Shown here piece after piece: positions 1 to 13,867 of a stretch of DNA of 64,000 nucleotides (positions within the stretch are counted from its first letter, which is position 1; every line of letters begins with the position of its first letter). The stretch spans positions 172,732,001-172,796,000 of the forward strand of contig NC_042997.1 in NCBI RefSeq assembly GCF_006345805.1. The letters run 5' to 3'. Origin of the DNA: Octopus sinensis. Taxonomy: Eukaryota. Made by a program: the position numbers and the translations under genes. The notes below the pieces were generated by a model. It searched no databases, was not told where the DNA came from, and saw nothing but the letters and a program-made list of their open reading frames with translations.

Positions 1-292
1 CGGTCATAGGATCGCGGTTTCGATTCCCAGACCGGGCATTGCAAGTGTTTATTGAGCAAAAACACCTAAAGCTACATGAGGCTCTGGCAGGGGGTGGTGG
101 TGATCCCTGCTGTACTCTTTTGCCACAACTTTCTCTCACTCTTTCTTCTGTTGGCCTCCTCGCTTAGCCAGCAGGGTGGCGTCATTTGAAGGCTAAAACA
201 ATGCGAAGCGCATTGTGACTAGCGATGTATAGCAACATCTGATAGCCTGGTCGGTCATGGTGATCATGGTGATCCTATATGTGGGAGACACA
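1..292 (+). mobile_element. tRNA-derived SINE, family E (5' end cut by window edge)
   Basis: B-box-like GGTTTCGATTCC head, then body shared with 29260-29460 (minus); ends in a CATGGTGAT repeat. Confidence 0.75.
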
Positions 293-818
293 GGACTACA
301 ATATATTGTTCCAATATATTCATTTTAAAGGTAACAGAGTGTTTTATCTGAGGGAGATTTGGCTACTATTTCTAATAGGTTCTAACACATAGAGACTCCA
401 TCATTAACTCACTCACTAGTCATTTGTTTATAGATTCAGGGTCTGAAGATTACTTGATATCTTGGAGTTTTCCTAGACCTACATCTCTAAAGCAAGAGAC
501 TACCAGTATTTTATATCTTTATACTGTGTACATTAAATGCTGTTTATATCTCACTGGATGGGATATTTTTTCCTTTGTTGGAACAGTAAACTTAGTAGTT
601 TGGTAAAAGAGAGTGATAGAATAAATACCAGGCTTGATCTGTTTGACTAAAATTCATCAAGGTGTTGCTCCAGCTGCAGTTTAATATCTAAAACAAGTAA
701 AAGAGCGAACAATATGTAACCCCTACTAAATGTATTGAGACCCCTTTTCTTTCATTTGTCACTTCTGTATAGATAGATAGATAGATAGATATAAATACAG
801 ATATGAATATACACACAT

Positions 819-1129
819 ATACCTGTGCCGGTGACATATAAAAAGCACTGTCTAAACATGGCAGATGCCAGTGCCGCCAGCCTGGCGTCCATGTCGGTGA
901 CACACAAAAGCACCAACCGATCATGGCCATTTGCCAGCCTCCCCTGGTTGGCCCCTGTGCCTGTGACACATAAAAATCACCCACTACACTCACAAGTGGT
1001 TGGCATTAGGAAGGGCATCCAGCTGTAGAAACACTGCCAGATCAGACTGGAGCCTGGTGCAGCCTCCTGGCTTCCCAGACCCTGGTTGAACTGTCCAACC
1101 CATGCTAGCATGGAAAACTGACATTAAAC

Positions 1130-1167
<38 letters not shown>
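819..1167 (+). mobile_element. Non-autonomous retroelement family B (modular body, (GAT)n tail)
   Basis: Repeated GTGCCGGTG(G/A)CACATAAAAAGCAC modules, 3' part ...CCCATGCTAGCATGGAAA..CGTTAAACGATGATG; many related copies in window. Confidence 0.85.
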
Positions 1168-2638
1168 CACACGCACACACACACACAATGGAGTTACTTC
1201 AGATGACTCAAGTGTATCTCTATAAAATTGGTTCTTTCAACCTGAAAGTGAAACTATTTTTATTGTGTGCAGTTTTATTACAATTTCAAAATAATGTATT
1301 TTGTTTCATGGCTTGGAGGGAGACAAAGATGAAATTGGCATAATTCATGGGTGGTGACTCTATTTAGACAAGTGACTCTATTTAGACAAGCTAGGTCAGA
1401 ATATTTCTTGTAGATAGTTAAGAGGTGAGATAAGAGAGACATAAGTATTACACACATCTGTTGCAGGGGGTGCCATGGTGGTTAGATTTCTGGGTGGGGA
1501 CAGAATCAGGAAAAAAAGTTAAAAGAGAAGGAACACCCTTTTTTTTAAAAAAAAATTTATGAACAGATAAATAATTCAGTAGAATGATTAATCACTTGCA
1601 AAGCAAACTTTCTTAACCAAGATCCAAAGATCTAAGAAACCATAATGTATGTTTTTTTTTCTTGGCTTTTCCCGGCATCCCATCTCACCTAAAAAATAAA
1701 CCTGCTCTCTGAGTAAAGGTTGAAAGGAGGAATATGAAATAAATATACACACGTACATATATATAAACAAACATATTTATGTGTGTGTGTGTCTATCTGT
1801 CTGTGTGTGTGTATGTGTGTGTGTGTTCATATTTATAGATATATATGTTTGGTAATTTAAGAATCCATAAGTCAGAATAAATATATAATACACACAAATA
1901 TAGATAGATATATACATATAAATATAAATACATATAACCATACGTATATGCATACATACACAGACATACATGTACACATACACACACATGCATGCACACA
2001 CACACACAAACAAACACAAACCCACACACATACACACATGCATGTACATATGGAAAAAAACCAATAAGGAAAATAAAGAAAAAAAAAACAAGAGAGAAAA
2101 ACACCTTTTTTTTGTCAAAGAAAAGTGGTAAATGTAAATGTTCACTGTTTCTTGAAGAATGGAAGAATAGCCATTCTGATAAGATGTAAGAGGAAGCTGC
2201 TTTGGTTGTGACTGTGGAGGATTGAGGTGAAAGAATCGAGGCTTAGAGAAAATGGTTTGCCAGATGTCAAATGTGTGAGGCAAGGCTGAACTGCAATTAA
2301 TCATCTCAGGTGCTTGGTTGCTGAGAATAGACAATTACAAATAAGGACAGTCATACTATTTCCTCTTGTATATTATGAAATTTCTGTTTTCTGTTTTCGA
2401 GAATTCTTCAGAGGGAAACCTTGGCCTAGAACAAGTTAAAGCCTGCTTTGGAATTTGAGATTGAATTAATAAAGCTAACATTCCCATCAAATTTATGCCT
2501 GTTAGACATTAAGGAGAAAGAAAAAAAAATACTTGTATAAGAAAATAAACCGAATGGAAACTAGGAATATATACACTAACACATTCATGCAACTCACACC
2601 ACATACATACACACACATGCATACATATACATATATAT

Positions 2639-2672
<34 letters not shown>

Positions 2673-2673
<1 letters not shown>

Positions 2674-3012
2674 GGGAGACCCCCTTCAGTCATGAATGAC
2701 CATGGGACTGCACCTAGAAAGTTACCCTCCGAGGTACAAGTCCGGGCAAGGTTGTTTATGGAAGGCCAACAGTCACCCATGCATACTAGCCTCCTCTCTC
2801 CACACCACTGATGTTATCCAAGGGAAGGCAGAGGGGCCGATACAGCTTGGCACCAGTGATGTCGCAACTCATTTCTACAGCTGAGTTAACTGGAGCAACG
2901 TGAAATAAAGTGTCTTGCTCAAGAACACAACATGCAGCCCGGTCCGGGAATCAAACTCACAACCTCACAATTGTAAGCTTGACACTCTAACCACTGAGCC
3001 ATGCACCTTCAC
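2673..3012 (-). mobile_element. tRNA-derived SINE, family C
   Basis: Reverse complement of 13868-14198; tRNA-like head and CORE-like GTTCTTGAGCAAGACACTTTATTTCACGTTGCTCCAG block. Confidence 0.85.
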
Positions 3013-3084
3013 TATATATATATATATATATATAATATATATATATATACACACACACATATGTTTATAAAAGGTAGGGTAAAG

Positions 3085-3418
3085 TCCCCCTAAGTCATGA
3101 ATGACCATAGGATTGCACCTAGAAAGTTTCCCTCTGAGGCATGTCTAGGTAAGGTTGTTTGAGGAAGGCTAGCAGTTGCCCATGCATACCATCCTTCCCT
3201 CATCCACACCACCCATGTTACCCAAGGAAAAGGCAAAAACTGGTATAGATTGGCACAAGTGATGTCGCAACCCATTTCTACAGCTAAGCGAACTGGAGCA
3301 ATGTGAAATAAAGTGTCTTGCTCAAGAACACAACATACAGCCTATTCTTGAAATTGAACTTGCTACTTCAAGATTGTGAGCCTGACATACTAACTACTGA
3401 ACCATATGCCTTCACATT
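3085..3418 (-). mobile_element. SINE family C, second adjacent and more diverged copy
   Basis: Colinear with 2673-3012, separated from it by a (TA)n tract. Confidence 0.8.
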
Positions 3419-3421
3419 AAC

Positions 3422-3452
<31 letters not shown>

Positions 3453-4419
3453 TATCATTTAACATCCACTTTCCATACTGGCATGGATTGGATGGTTTGA
3501 TGGCTAGGCAGAAGACTGCACCAAGCTCCAATGTTTGTTTTGGCATGTTTTTTTTATTGTTAGATGCCCTTCCTAATACCAACCATCCTGCAGAGTGGAC
3601 CCAATCATCCTAGATATAGGGAGGTATGTTTGTATGTATATCTCTATTTAGAGATTTTTTTTTAATGTAAAACACTTGATAATTGCAAATACATTGCATG
3701 AAACCAGTGGTAGCATTGTAAATCTACAAATAAAGAATAAAGTAACCCACCAAATCCAATGCTGAGCACCCATTCTCACTGTTCACTATTGTCACGAGGA
3801 GGGCATGCATGCTTGGCATATTAGTCTGTTCTAGGATGACTCCTGACATCACAAAATGCGTCTGAATAAATGTTGCCGGACAGCAAATAGAGACTCGAGC
3901 ATTGCTCAGAAAATAATTTTCATTTTTAACCTCGTATATAGTACGCACTAGGGATTTTGACCTTTAAATTTTGGGAAAAAAATACAGATTATACTCAAGG
4001 ATTTACGGTATACATACATGTAGCTTCTGCTCATTCACCATATAAAAAACAATCCTTTCAGGGCATTGGTCCGCCTGAGGCAAGAGTAGAACGCATTTAT
4101 TTCAAAAGTGCCAAGGAATCTAGAACCATATGATTGTAAAGTTTAATTCTTAAACATACTGCCAAACTTGGGCACAAGCTTGGCCATGTGGCTAAGAACT
4201 CAAATCATTAAGAGAAGTTATTCCATGCTACAAGACATTCAGTCCATTACATTGATATTTCTATGCAATAAAAATTCTAAAATGTAAATTTTTTTTTTTT
4301 ACTGAAACCTCTCAAAGATGAAAACAACGACTTATACAATGACGAGGATTATATAAAAAAAAACAAAAAAAAAACACAAAACAAGGGAAAGACTAGCAAG
4401 AGACTTTGGTAAAATGTAT

Positions 4420-4611
4420 TTATGCTTGTGCTGGTGTGTGTGTGTGTGCATGATTGTATATGTATACATGTGTATAAGGCTGTATGTGTGCTCATGCGTG
4501 TTTGCCTGCATGTTTGTGTGTGTATAATTGCTGCATGTGAGTGTTTGTCCATGTTTATGTACATGTCATACATGTTATATGCATTGGTGAAAGAGAGGGA
4601 GAAAGACAGAG

Positions 4612-4652
<41 letters not shown>

Positions 4653-4872
4653 ATATGAATGTGTATGTGTGTGTTTGCCAGAGTGTATGTCCATGCGTGC
4701 ATGTCTGTGCATGCATGTCCATCTGTTTGTATGCGTGTGTGTGTGTGTGTGTGTTGTGTGTGTGTGTGTGTGTTTGTGTGTGTGTGTTTGTGTTTGTATG
4801 CACATGTATGAGTGCATATGTATATGTGAAAGAAACAGAAAGATGGACAGGCAGACAAAAAAAAATTTGTGC

Positions 4873-4917
<45 letters not shown>

Positions 4918-4940
4918 TGTGTGTGTGTGTGTGTGTGTGT
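4420..4940. repeat. Composite (TG)n/(TA)n microsatellite field
   Basis: Directly visible dinucleotide arrays. Confidence 0.9.
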
Positions 4941-5154
4941 GGAGTTGAGAGGAAATCAATAAAGAAGGAATGACAAAGAAATTGGTAGAATTTCATTATA
5001 GCTCCAGCTTCAGTGAACAGAACGTAGCTCTGTAGAAGGTGTCAGCACTTGGCGCTTTCATACAGATAGTCCAATGAACAACAGATGGAACAAATCTGGT
5101 TATTCCCCACATTCTCTTTGTTTTCTTTAAACTCCATACACCGTACGCCATCCG

Positions 5155-5530
5155 CCACCACCACCACCACCATCACCACCACCACCACCACCACCACCAC
5201 CACCACCATCACAACCACCACCACCATCACCATCACCACCACCACCACCACCACCACTACCATCGCCACCATCACCACCACCACCACCACCACCATCACC
5301 ACCATTACCATCGCTACCACCACCACCACCACCATCACCACCACCACCACCACCACCACCACCATCACCACCATCACCATCGCAACCATCGCTACCACCA
5401 TCACCACTACCACTCCCCCCACCATCACCATCACAACCACCACCATCACCCCCTCACCATCACCATCGCTACCACCACCACCACCACCACCATCACCACC
5501 ACCACCACCACCATCACCACCACCATCATC
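5155..5530. repeat. Degenerate (ACC)n/(ATC) trinucleotide array, about 375 bp
   Basis: Directly visible; produces poly-Thr/Pro/Val ORFs. Confidence 0.95.
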
Positions 5531-5706
5531 ACCACTCTCTCCAGCCCCTACACTTATGCTTCTCCTTACCTTTCTATGTCTAACTCATTCACCATCTATT
5601 TTTCTCTCACATTTTCTCTTCATATCTATCTCTCAGTCCCTGTCTCTCTCTCTCTCTCTTCCTATTGCCCTTCTGTCTATTGATCATCTCTCTCTCTCTC
5701 TCACCT

Positions 5707-5745
<39 letters not shown>

Positions 5746-7214
5746 AACTGTCTTTTTCTCCCTCTCTCTCTAGGTGGCACCACAAAAGTGCAGACTATGA
5801 TGCAGCTGGTGTGACGTCACATCCTGACTCTTCTCTCTTCTCCTCATCATCTCCTCTCGCCTCCCCCCACCTCCAGTCCCTCTACTTTGCTCCTTTCCGC
5901 CACCTCCCCCTCCCCCTCCCCCTCCCCCTCCCTCCTCACTCCTCTCATCTCCTATCCATTCATTCATTCGTTCGTTGGATTCATTTGTTCAGTGTCCATC
6001 TGCAGAGGGGGTAAAGAAGGGTTACAGCTCCGTGCCAAAATATATCCCCTATTAGCCATATGTAACTTCTGTGTTTGCTTCCAAGGATGATAATGAAGAA
6101 ATGAACCAAAATTCCATTCACCACCACCACCACCACCACCACCATCACCATCACCCCTTACCACATTACATATAATATTTATTTATATATATATATATAT
6201 ATGTATTTATTTATTTCCTTTTACTGCAATAATATTTTTTTTTTTTCAATTTTTCCTTTTTTTTTTTTCTTGGTTCCACCGAAAAAGGGAATGTTGCCAA
6301 TTTTGCATTAGCCACATTGAGGAATATTTGTTATGAGTGTGCATGTGCATGTGTATATATGTATATATGTGTATGTATATATATATATACATATGCATGT
6401 ATATATATATATATATTCATCTATATACATACACACGCACACACACACACATATATATACATATACACACATATAAGCACATATACATACATATATATAC
6501 ATATATTTACATATATACGCATATACATATATATGTATATATATGTATGTGTGTGTGTAAATATTAATATATATATTTATATATGTGTGTATATCTATCT
6601 ATATATTATATTATATTATATATACATAAATTACTGGTCTGTTAATGGCATTTTGTTTCAATGCTACATCATACAACAGAATATATCTATAGATTTTTTT
6701 AGTAAATACTATGTGCAGAAAGATGTAAACAGCTTGTTTGCATATACTATAGTAAGTTCATACACAGAAATAGAAGGTTCAGTGGGAATTGTCTCAATTC
6801 TGATTTGGGACTTTGTCAGTGACTGAGTGATCTCATTAACTGTCTTTTGGAGAAACTAGTTATAAGCCCATGACTACTAAATTAAGAAAGTTGGATAGAC
6901 TAATGTATCTTTGGCAATTAGTTCAGTTAATAAATTGTTTGTGTGTTCAAGTAGAGGTAATCATTCACTGATGAAATCCCAACACAAGCTTTCAATCTCG
7001 TTCATCTGATATAACCTTTTTTGTCCACAAAGATGTCGCACATACAAAATGGTGTTTACATCTGCCTATATTTACTTTCCCTGTTGACTAAACATCTATA
7101 AATATACTCAACAGTATAATATGACATAAATAAATGCATACATACACCCATACCCCACCCCACACAGGTATACACATATACAGATATACATAAATATGTA
7201 TGTGTGTGTATGCA

Positions 7215-7950
7215 TAAGGTTTATTGAAATAATATTTATCTCATGACATGAGTTTCATGTAACTGCAATTTCCAGGTGAGAACTCTTATAACTCAGTTTG
7301 GATGTATATATTATCTTTGTTGGTGTGGGCTTGGTCTTCTGCTTGCATCTGTTCATTGCTTGGCATTTTGCATTTATAGGTCAGCTGTTAGCTTTCTGCT
7401 TTCATGATTGGTTATTTTTTTTGCAATGTGGTGGTTATTTTTCTTGAATTGATGTTGTGGTGGGAACATGTTCTTAATTTGTAATTGTTGTGAATTTATT
7501 TGCTAAGCTAGTTAAGGTTCTTTTTTGGTTTGCTTTTGTGGTAAATGTGTATCATCAAATTTGCAAATATTCTTGTTTTCATAAAGATCAAGGAATTTTA
7601 AGGATATATATAATTTTTTGTCAGTAACAATGATTAAAGACATATTTATTTATGAAGGAGTTTCTGGTGGTATTATAAGTGATATTTCATGGTTGGGTGA
7701 CTTTTGCAAATATGTTTCCAGGAATGAATGGGTTTTTGATGTGACTTGGAGAAGGTGTATATTGAGCAAATTAAAGATTTCCATTTCTTTATTTCATTGG
7801 GTATTGGATTATAAGTCTTTTGGCATGTTAGTATGTCAGTGTAGATGTGATGTTGTGGTTAGTTTATTTTTAAATTTTTTATTTGTTTATTTTTTTCTGG
7901 TGCATTGAACTAGATAAATTTTTCATATGATTGTTTATGTTTGTATATGT
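7215..7950 (-). pseudogene. Probable Penelope-like element ORF remnant (linker/GIY-YIG region)
   Basis: Minus-strand peptides such as YKCKMP...NIYIQTEL and IHNNYKLRTCSH loosely resemble the Penelope CP..G.C...YIG.TE region; many stops. Confidence 0.4.
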
Positions 7951-8011
7951 CATGGTTGAGTGGCTTTGGCTACAACGTTGATAATTTTAGTTCAGTTATA
8001 CTGTTAAACTA

Positions 8012-8216
8012 CTCTATACTTTTTACTCATTTCAGTCATTTGACTGCAGCCATGCTGGAGCACCACCTTTAGTCAAGCAAATTGACCCCAGGATTTATTC
8101 TTTGTAAACCTAGTACTTATTCTATTAGTCTCTTTTGTTGAACCACTAGGTGACGGGGACATAAACACACCAGCATCTGTTGTCAAGCGATGTTGGAGGG
8201 GGGGGGGCAAACACAG

Positions 8217-8251
<35 letters not shown>

Positions 8252-8460
8252 TATATATATACGACGGGCTTCTTTCAGTTTCTGTCTACCAAATCCACTC
8301 ACAAGGCTTTGGTCGGCCCAAGGCTATAGTAGAAGACACTTGCCCAAGGTGCCATGCAGTGGGACTGAAACTGGAAGCATGTGGTTGGTAAGCAAGCTAC
8401 TTACCACACAGCCACTCCTGCACCTATAGCTACTTACCACTCAGCCACTCCTGCACCTAT
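8012..8460 (-). mobile_element. SINE family A, near full length
   Basis: TTTCAGTCATTTGACTGCAGCCATGCTGGAGCACC 3' end, internal (CA)/(TA) tract, tRNA-like head; last 31-33 bp duplicated. Confidence 0.9.
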
Positions 8461-8573
8461 AATTAAAGATTTTTGTTTAGCTCATTAAAGATTTAGTTCA
8501 TTAATTAAAGATTTTTGTTTAGCTCATTAAAGATTTAGTTCATTAATTAAAGATTTTTGTTTAGTTCATTAAA
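8461..8573. repeat. 42-bp tandem repeat, about 2.7 copies
   Basis: Unit AATTAAAGATTTTTGTTTAGCTCATTAAAGATTTAGTTCATT. Confidence 0.9.
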
Positions 8574-9004
8574 GGGAGCATGCATTGTTTGAATTATGTT
8601 TCTAGGTGTGTTTCCATTTGTGTGCATGTGTATGTGTGTGCATGTGCATGCATGTGTGTGTGTGTATGTGTGTGTACGTGTGTGTATGTGTGTGTATGTG
8701 TGTGTGTGTGTTGTAGTCAAAGATTGTTTATATCCTGTGTATGGTTTAGTATGTTATATCTTTTTATGCATGTGTGTGTTTTGGTGAATGTGTTTTTTTT
8801 TATTTGTCTATGACTGCATAAATGTATTTGGTATCATGTCTTTAATTTGGGTTGGGTGTTTGTGGTTCAATTTTTATAATTGTGATAGTTTTCATGTGTG
8901 CAGGAGGGGGACAAGATGGTCTGTTACCCTGTCTGAAACTTGGGATATCTTGTTGTATCTGAGAGAACAAAATCATGGAGATTGGTACATATCCATGCTT
9001 TGGT

Positions 9005-9550
9005 TGTCCTAGCCTTGTGAGATGGTGCAGAGTCTTGTTGCAAGACATAAAGTCTTTTGTAGCATACTCATTCTATCCATGGCTTCACAACTTTCTCCAA
9101 CACCTTTGTGCAGACAGTGGCATTGATTCTTAATCCCTCTGGAAAAAGTGAGGGGGCATGACATCTTCCTCATTGGTGATGACTCCCAGAACCATCACAG
9201 TTGCTGGGAACTTAGTTTGCATGACCTTTGGAACCTCCTTCGAGTCTCTACATAACCATCTGTTGTTCCTTCAATCTACCTTTTGCTCCTGTTTAAAGTT
9301 TACCTCATCAGAAGATGCATGTTTATGTATGTATGTATGTATGTATGTATGTATGTATGTATGTATGTATGTATGTATATATGCATGCATGCATACCAAT
9401 CTCTTGGTGTTTTAACTTTGCATGAATCAAATGATTCTCTCTTGTCACATCTGACATAAACTGACCCGTCTGTTTCACACACTACTTGTACTGGATGTCC
9501 TCATGCACCACTCTTCTGATCATGCATTCTGAAACCTTTGCAATGGCTCT
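9005..9550 (-). pseudogene. Tc1/mariner (maT-like) transposase remnant interrupted by (TATG)n
   Basis: Minus strand IRRVVHEDIQYK..GQFMS..RENHL, then SSDEVNFKQEQKVD*RNNRWLCRDSKEVPKVMQTKFPATVMVLGVITNEEDVMPPHFF; frameshifts and stops. Confidence 0.85.
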
Positions 9551-9559
9551 GGAAAAATT

Positions 9560-10580
9560 CAATTTAGTATTAAATCAAATTTCACAATATAAATATATAA
9601 TATATATAAATTAGAGAAAAACCACTATGATGTAATTCAAACAATGATAGACATAAACCAAATCATAATGAAAAAATAAATATATTATAAAACATATAAC
9701 TAGATCACAAAAAGCCCCAAAAAATGGATAAACAATATATAATAAGTAAAAAGACTATGTACATTTTGTGGCTATAACTTCAATACGAATTACAATTAAA
9801 TTTAAATTTAATCGAAAAACAATTCAATTTAAAAGTATAGTCACTCCTCAGGTCAACAATAATAATAATACTAGTTAAATAAATAATCAATAGAATTAAA
9901 CAATATTTCTTAAAGAAATAAAACCATGATTTTCTTATAGAAGAAATTCCGTTAACTAAATTTGAAACTTAAAAAGTAGGACCAGGTGTCTATAATATAT
10001 TTATCATGTTAAAAACCTAAGGTAACATAAACTACAATATCAATACACACATGTATAGGTGAATATGTTTATATATTTGTGTATGTATGTATCCATTTGT
10101 AATAACAGAATAGGAACTCCTATAGGAATTAAATACCATGGAGAAGAAAACTTTCTCCCCATTCTATACAGAACTTTCCTTGGATAATAAAACTGCAACT
10201 GTAACACCCTACATATATTTTTATTTTTATTTTTATTCTTATTTCCTTTATACTTCTTATATCCTTCCTTTTCCAAAATAAGTTCTTATATTAAACTCTA
10301 CTATTTCCCTTTATTTAACTCTCATATCGTCTCTGATGAAGGGATATCCCTCATACCTTGAAACAGCTGTAAGACTACCTTTCTCTTCATAAATGTCCTA
10401 AAAATCTCACACTGTCTTGGCTTTGCTGTCTCATTTTATTTAACATATACATACTCACACAAGATCTGCATTAGACTCCTCACTTGTATTATTATCAAAC
10501 TGAGAGTCTAACTATGGTCTTTCTGTAGCACTTACATAGCCTTACTTGCCATTTTGGATCTTCTGGATACCAATACTTCT
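9560..10580. mobile_element. Putative Penelope-like terminal-repeat region
   Basis: Carries a hammerhead motif; start AAATCAAATTTCACAATAT recurs at about 16060; ends at a (TA)n tract. Confidence 0.4.
10329..10375 (+). ncRNA. Minimal type I hammerhead ribozyme motif
   Basis: GTCT-CTGATGA-AGGG...CCTT-GAAA-CAGCTG-TA-AGAC: stem I GUCU/AGAC, canonical core, palindromic ACAGCTGT stem III, GUA cleavage triplet. Confidence 0.75.
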
Positions 10581-10769
10581 CATATATATATATATGTGTA
10601 TACATATAATGTGTATATATATGTGTGTGTGTGTATACATATATATATATATGTATACATACACACACACACATATATATATATATCATCATCATCATCA
10701 TCTTCATTAACACTGGTATCTGTCATGACTGCGATTTTATATATGCTTGTATACATATATATATATATA

Positions 10770-10979
10770 TTTCCCTCTCTCTCTTTCGGAGAGACACAAG
10801 CACCTACATGCACATATACACACACGGCAGTAACTCCGCCTGCCGAATTCAATCACAAAGCTCCGGTCAGCTCGGGGCTATAGTGAAAGACACACCTACC
10901 CAAAGTGCCATGCAGTGGGACTGAACCCGAAACCATGTAGCTAGGAAGCAAGCTCCCTAACCACACAGCCATGCCCGTG

Positions 10980-10983
<4 letters not shown>
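10770..10983 (-). mobile_element. SINE family A variant, 5' half
   Basis: GGGACTGAACCCGAAACCATGT...ACCACACAGCC head motif. Confidence 0.7.
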
Positions 10984-11074
<91 letters not shown>

Positions 11075-11116
11075 ACTTGTACACTCGGTTACATACACAC
11101 ACACACACGCACACAC

Positions 11117-11149
<33 letters not shown>

Positions 11150-11559
11150 TCAGACTGGCATATACATACAGAAATACACGGAGACTAAGACAAAAGCAAA
11201 AACAAGAAAACAGTAAGAAAACCACGACGACAACAACAACAACAACAATATGAACCAGAAAAATAACAACTCCCCCACCCCACCCCCCAACTAAATTGAC
11301 TTTCACATACATGTTCAGTCAATTCATTGGCTTTCTGCTATGTATTGGGAAGGAGAAAAGGAAAGGAAAAAAAAAAATTCTTTCTTGGCTACTTGCAGAG
11401 TCCTTTGCCAATGTAGTGCTAATAAGTGATATTTCTTGCTGAGAAATCTTAAAGTCTTTCCAGTCAGTTCTTTGGCTGAAGCGAGGGAAAATGGAGGAAC
11501 AACCAACTCCATTGGTAGTCATGACAGTTATTCTGCCTTCTCTTCCAACCGGTACCACC

Positions 11560-11577
11560 ATTACCTCCACCAGCACC

Positions 11578-11615
<38 letters not shown>

Positions 11616-12060
11616 CAACAATAACAACAATAATGATACCATCAACAACAACATCAATGCCAAAAAAAATCTCCACCAATACCAACACCACCATTACCAT
11701 TCTCTCTCTCTCTCTCTTTTTCTTTTTCACTCCTATCTCCCTCTTTTTCTCCCTCTTTTTCTCTCTCTCACTTATCCTAACACTTTCTCTCCCTCTGTCT
11801 TTCTGCCACTCTTTCTCTCTCTCTTTCTTTCCATCTCTCCCTTTTTTTGCACTGTTTCCTTCTCTCTTTCTCTCTCTTTCTCCCACTCTCTCTCTCTCTT
11901 TTCCCCCCTCTCCTCTCTCTGTTTCCCCAACACAAATGCTGCTATGGCTGCCTTTGTTGGGTTCTTGCCTTCTTTCTTTCTTTCTTTCTTTTTTTCTTTC
12001 TTTCTTTCTTTCTTTCTTTCTTTCCTTCTCTCTCTCCTCCTCTCTCTCTCTCTCTCAATA
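11560..12060. repeat. (ACC)n to (AAC)n to (CT)n/(TTTC)n low-complexity tract
   Basis: Directly visible. Confidence 0.9.
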
Positions 12061-12580
12061 GCCATAAAAACTAGCTTCACTCTCACCCCCCCCCATACCA
12101 TTCCCATTACTTTCTATCTTCCTGAAAATCTCTATACCTACTCCACTACACTCACAGCACCGCACTCACACTACAGCCAAAGTCCCTTCATTTGATAACT
12201 TTCATTAGCTCCCCGCCACCACCACCACCACCACCACCACCACCACCACTCCTCCTCCTCACTCATCCTTCCACTCACACTCCTCCCTCACCCATCTTAC
12301 CTGTTTATCTAATTCAGTTCCTTTTTCTTTGCTTTATGCTTAATCTCTCAACCAACCTCATTTTTCAAACACATATGCACACATACATGCATATACATAT
12401 GCGCACACACACAACAACACACACATTCACACACATATACATGCACACCATACACATGCACACATATGCACGTATACATAAAGGCACATACACATGCGCA
12501 TGCATATATGTATGTATACATATATATATATATATTTATGTGTGTATGTATGCATGCATATGTGTGTATGTATGTGTATA

Positions 12581-13048
12581 TACACACACACAATCGCACA
12601 TTCATATACATCATACACATGTGAAATATGCATATAAACACATATATATGTATATGTGCACGCACTTAGACGTGGACACAAACACACACATATATGCATG
12701 TATGGACTGTAAACACACGCATACGCATACGCACTCACACATTCTCTCTATCTCTCTGACACGTACACACATTTAACATACATATATGCATACATACATT
12801 TACACACATACACACACACACACAATCGCACATTCATATACATCATACACATGTGAAATATGCATATAAACACATATATATGTATATGTGCACGCACTTA
12901 GACGTGGACACAAACACACACATATATGCATGTATGGACTGTAAACACACGCATACGCATACACACTCACACATTCTCTCTATCTGACACGTACACACAT
13001 TTAACATACATATATGCATACATACATTTACACACATACACACACACA
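12581..13048. repeat. Two-copy tandem duplication, period about 232 bp
   Basis: CAATCGCACATTCATATACATC at 12591 and 12823; GCACTTAGACGTGGACAC in both copies. Confidence 0.9.
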
Positions 13049-13867
13049 TACACGTATGCATTTTACATTTTTCTCTCCATTTAGTTGTTGTCCATGTGAT
13101 CTCTGTGTGGTAATACTACGAAGAGGGTTGGTGTAATCCAATTAGATTAGCATCGTGCATGTGTGTATATATGTATGTATGTATATATGCATGTTTATAT
13201 GCATTTATGTCTACGTAAGTTCATATGTGTGTGTTCATATGTGTACGTGTGTATGTGTGTGCGCATGTGTTTATTTGTTCCTTTTTTCTTTCTTTTTTCT
13301 TTCTTTTTTTCTTCTTTTTCTTCTTTCTACAAAATATCACTTTCTCTTTCTGACTTGCATACAGAAAGATACTGAGTGAATTTCCTTCCACAGCATTCTT
13401 CTGACCAAATGACTTGAAACCTACGAACGCTTTTGATTTTTCTTTTTTTTTCTTTTCATTTCTTGCCCTTTTTTTCTCCCTTTTTTTTTTTTGGATTTGA
13501 ATAGGCCTCTTTGAACGGGGTTGGGTGATTAAATGGCACCGTTGGGAGGTGAGACCAAATGTTATAGTTTCAGACCTACTGGCATCATTGTTATTCTTCA
13601 CTAAAAGTAATTCTACTTCAATCCAATTTCATTAAACCATTTTTTTGTTGAAAGAATATTACACAAGTACATGGACAGAACAGAAGAGACTAGATATTAC
13701 AACAGAACAACTGGGTTGAGGGAAGTTAGGGTATAAAGGGAGAAAACCAGATCATTTTGAATCAATAGCAACACCATAGAGTAAAATCCGACACTTTAAT
13801 CTTACAGAATACCTGGTAACCTTACTAGTGCTGGTGCTATTAATTATAAAACCTATCCAGTTTACAT

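Noticed and set aside
5085-5747. 220-aa Thr/Pro-rich mucin-like ORF
   Set aside because: Built from (ACC)n and (CT)n microsatellites; no complex sequence or splice context
11491-12776. 234-aa and 194-aa ORFs
   Set aside because: Translations of simple repeats
13505-13548. 44-nt AG...GTGAGA exon candidate (xLFERGWVIKWHRWE)
   Set aside because: Pyrimidine tract is ordinary low-complexity sequence; no homology or partner exons recognised
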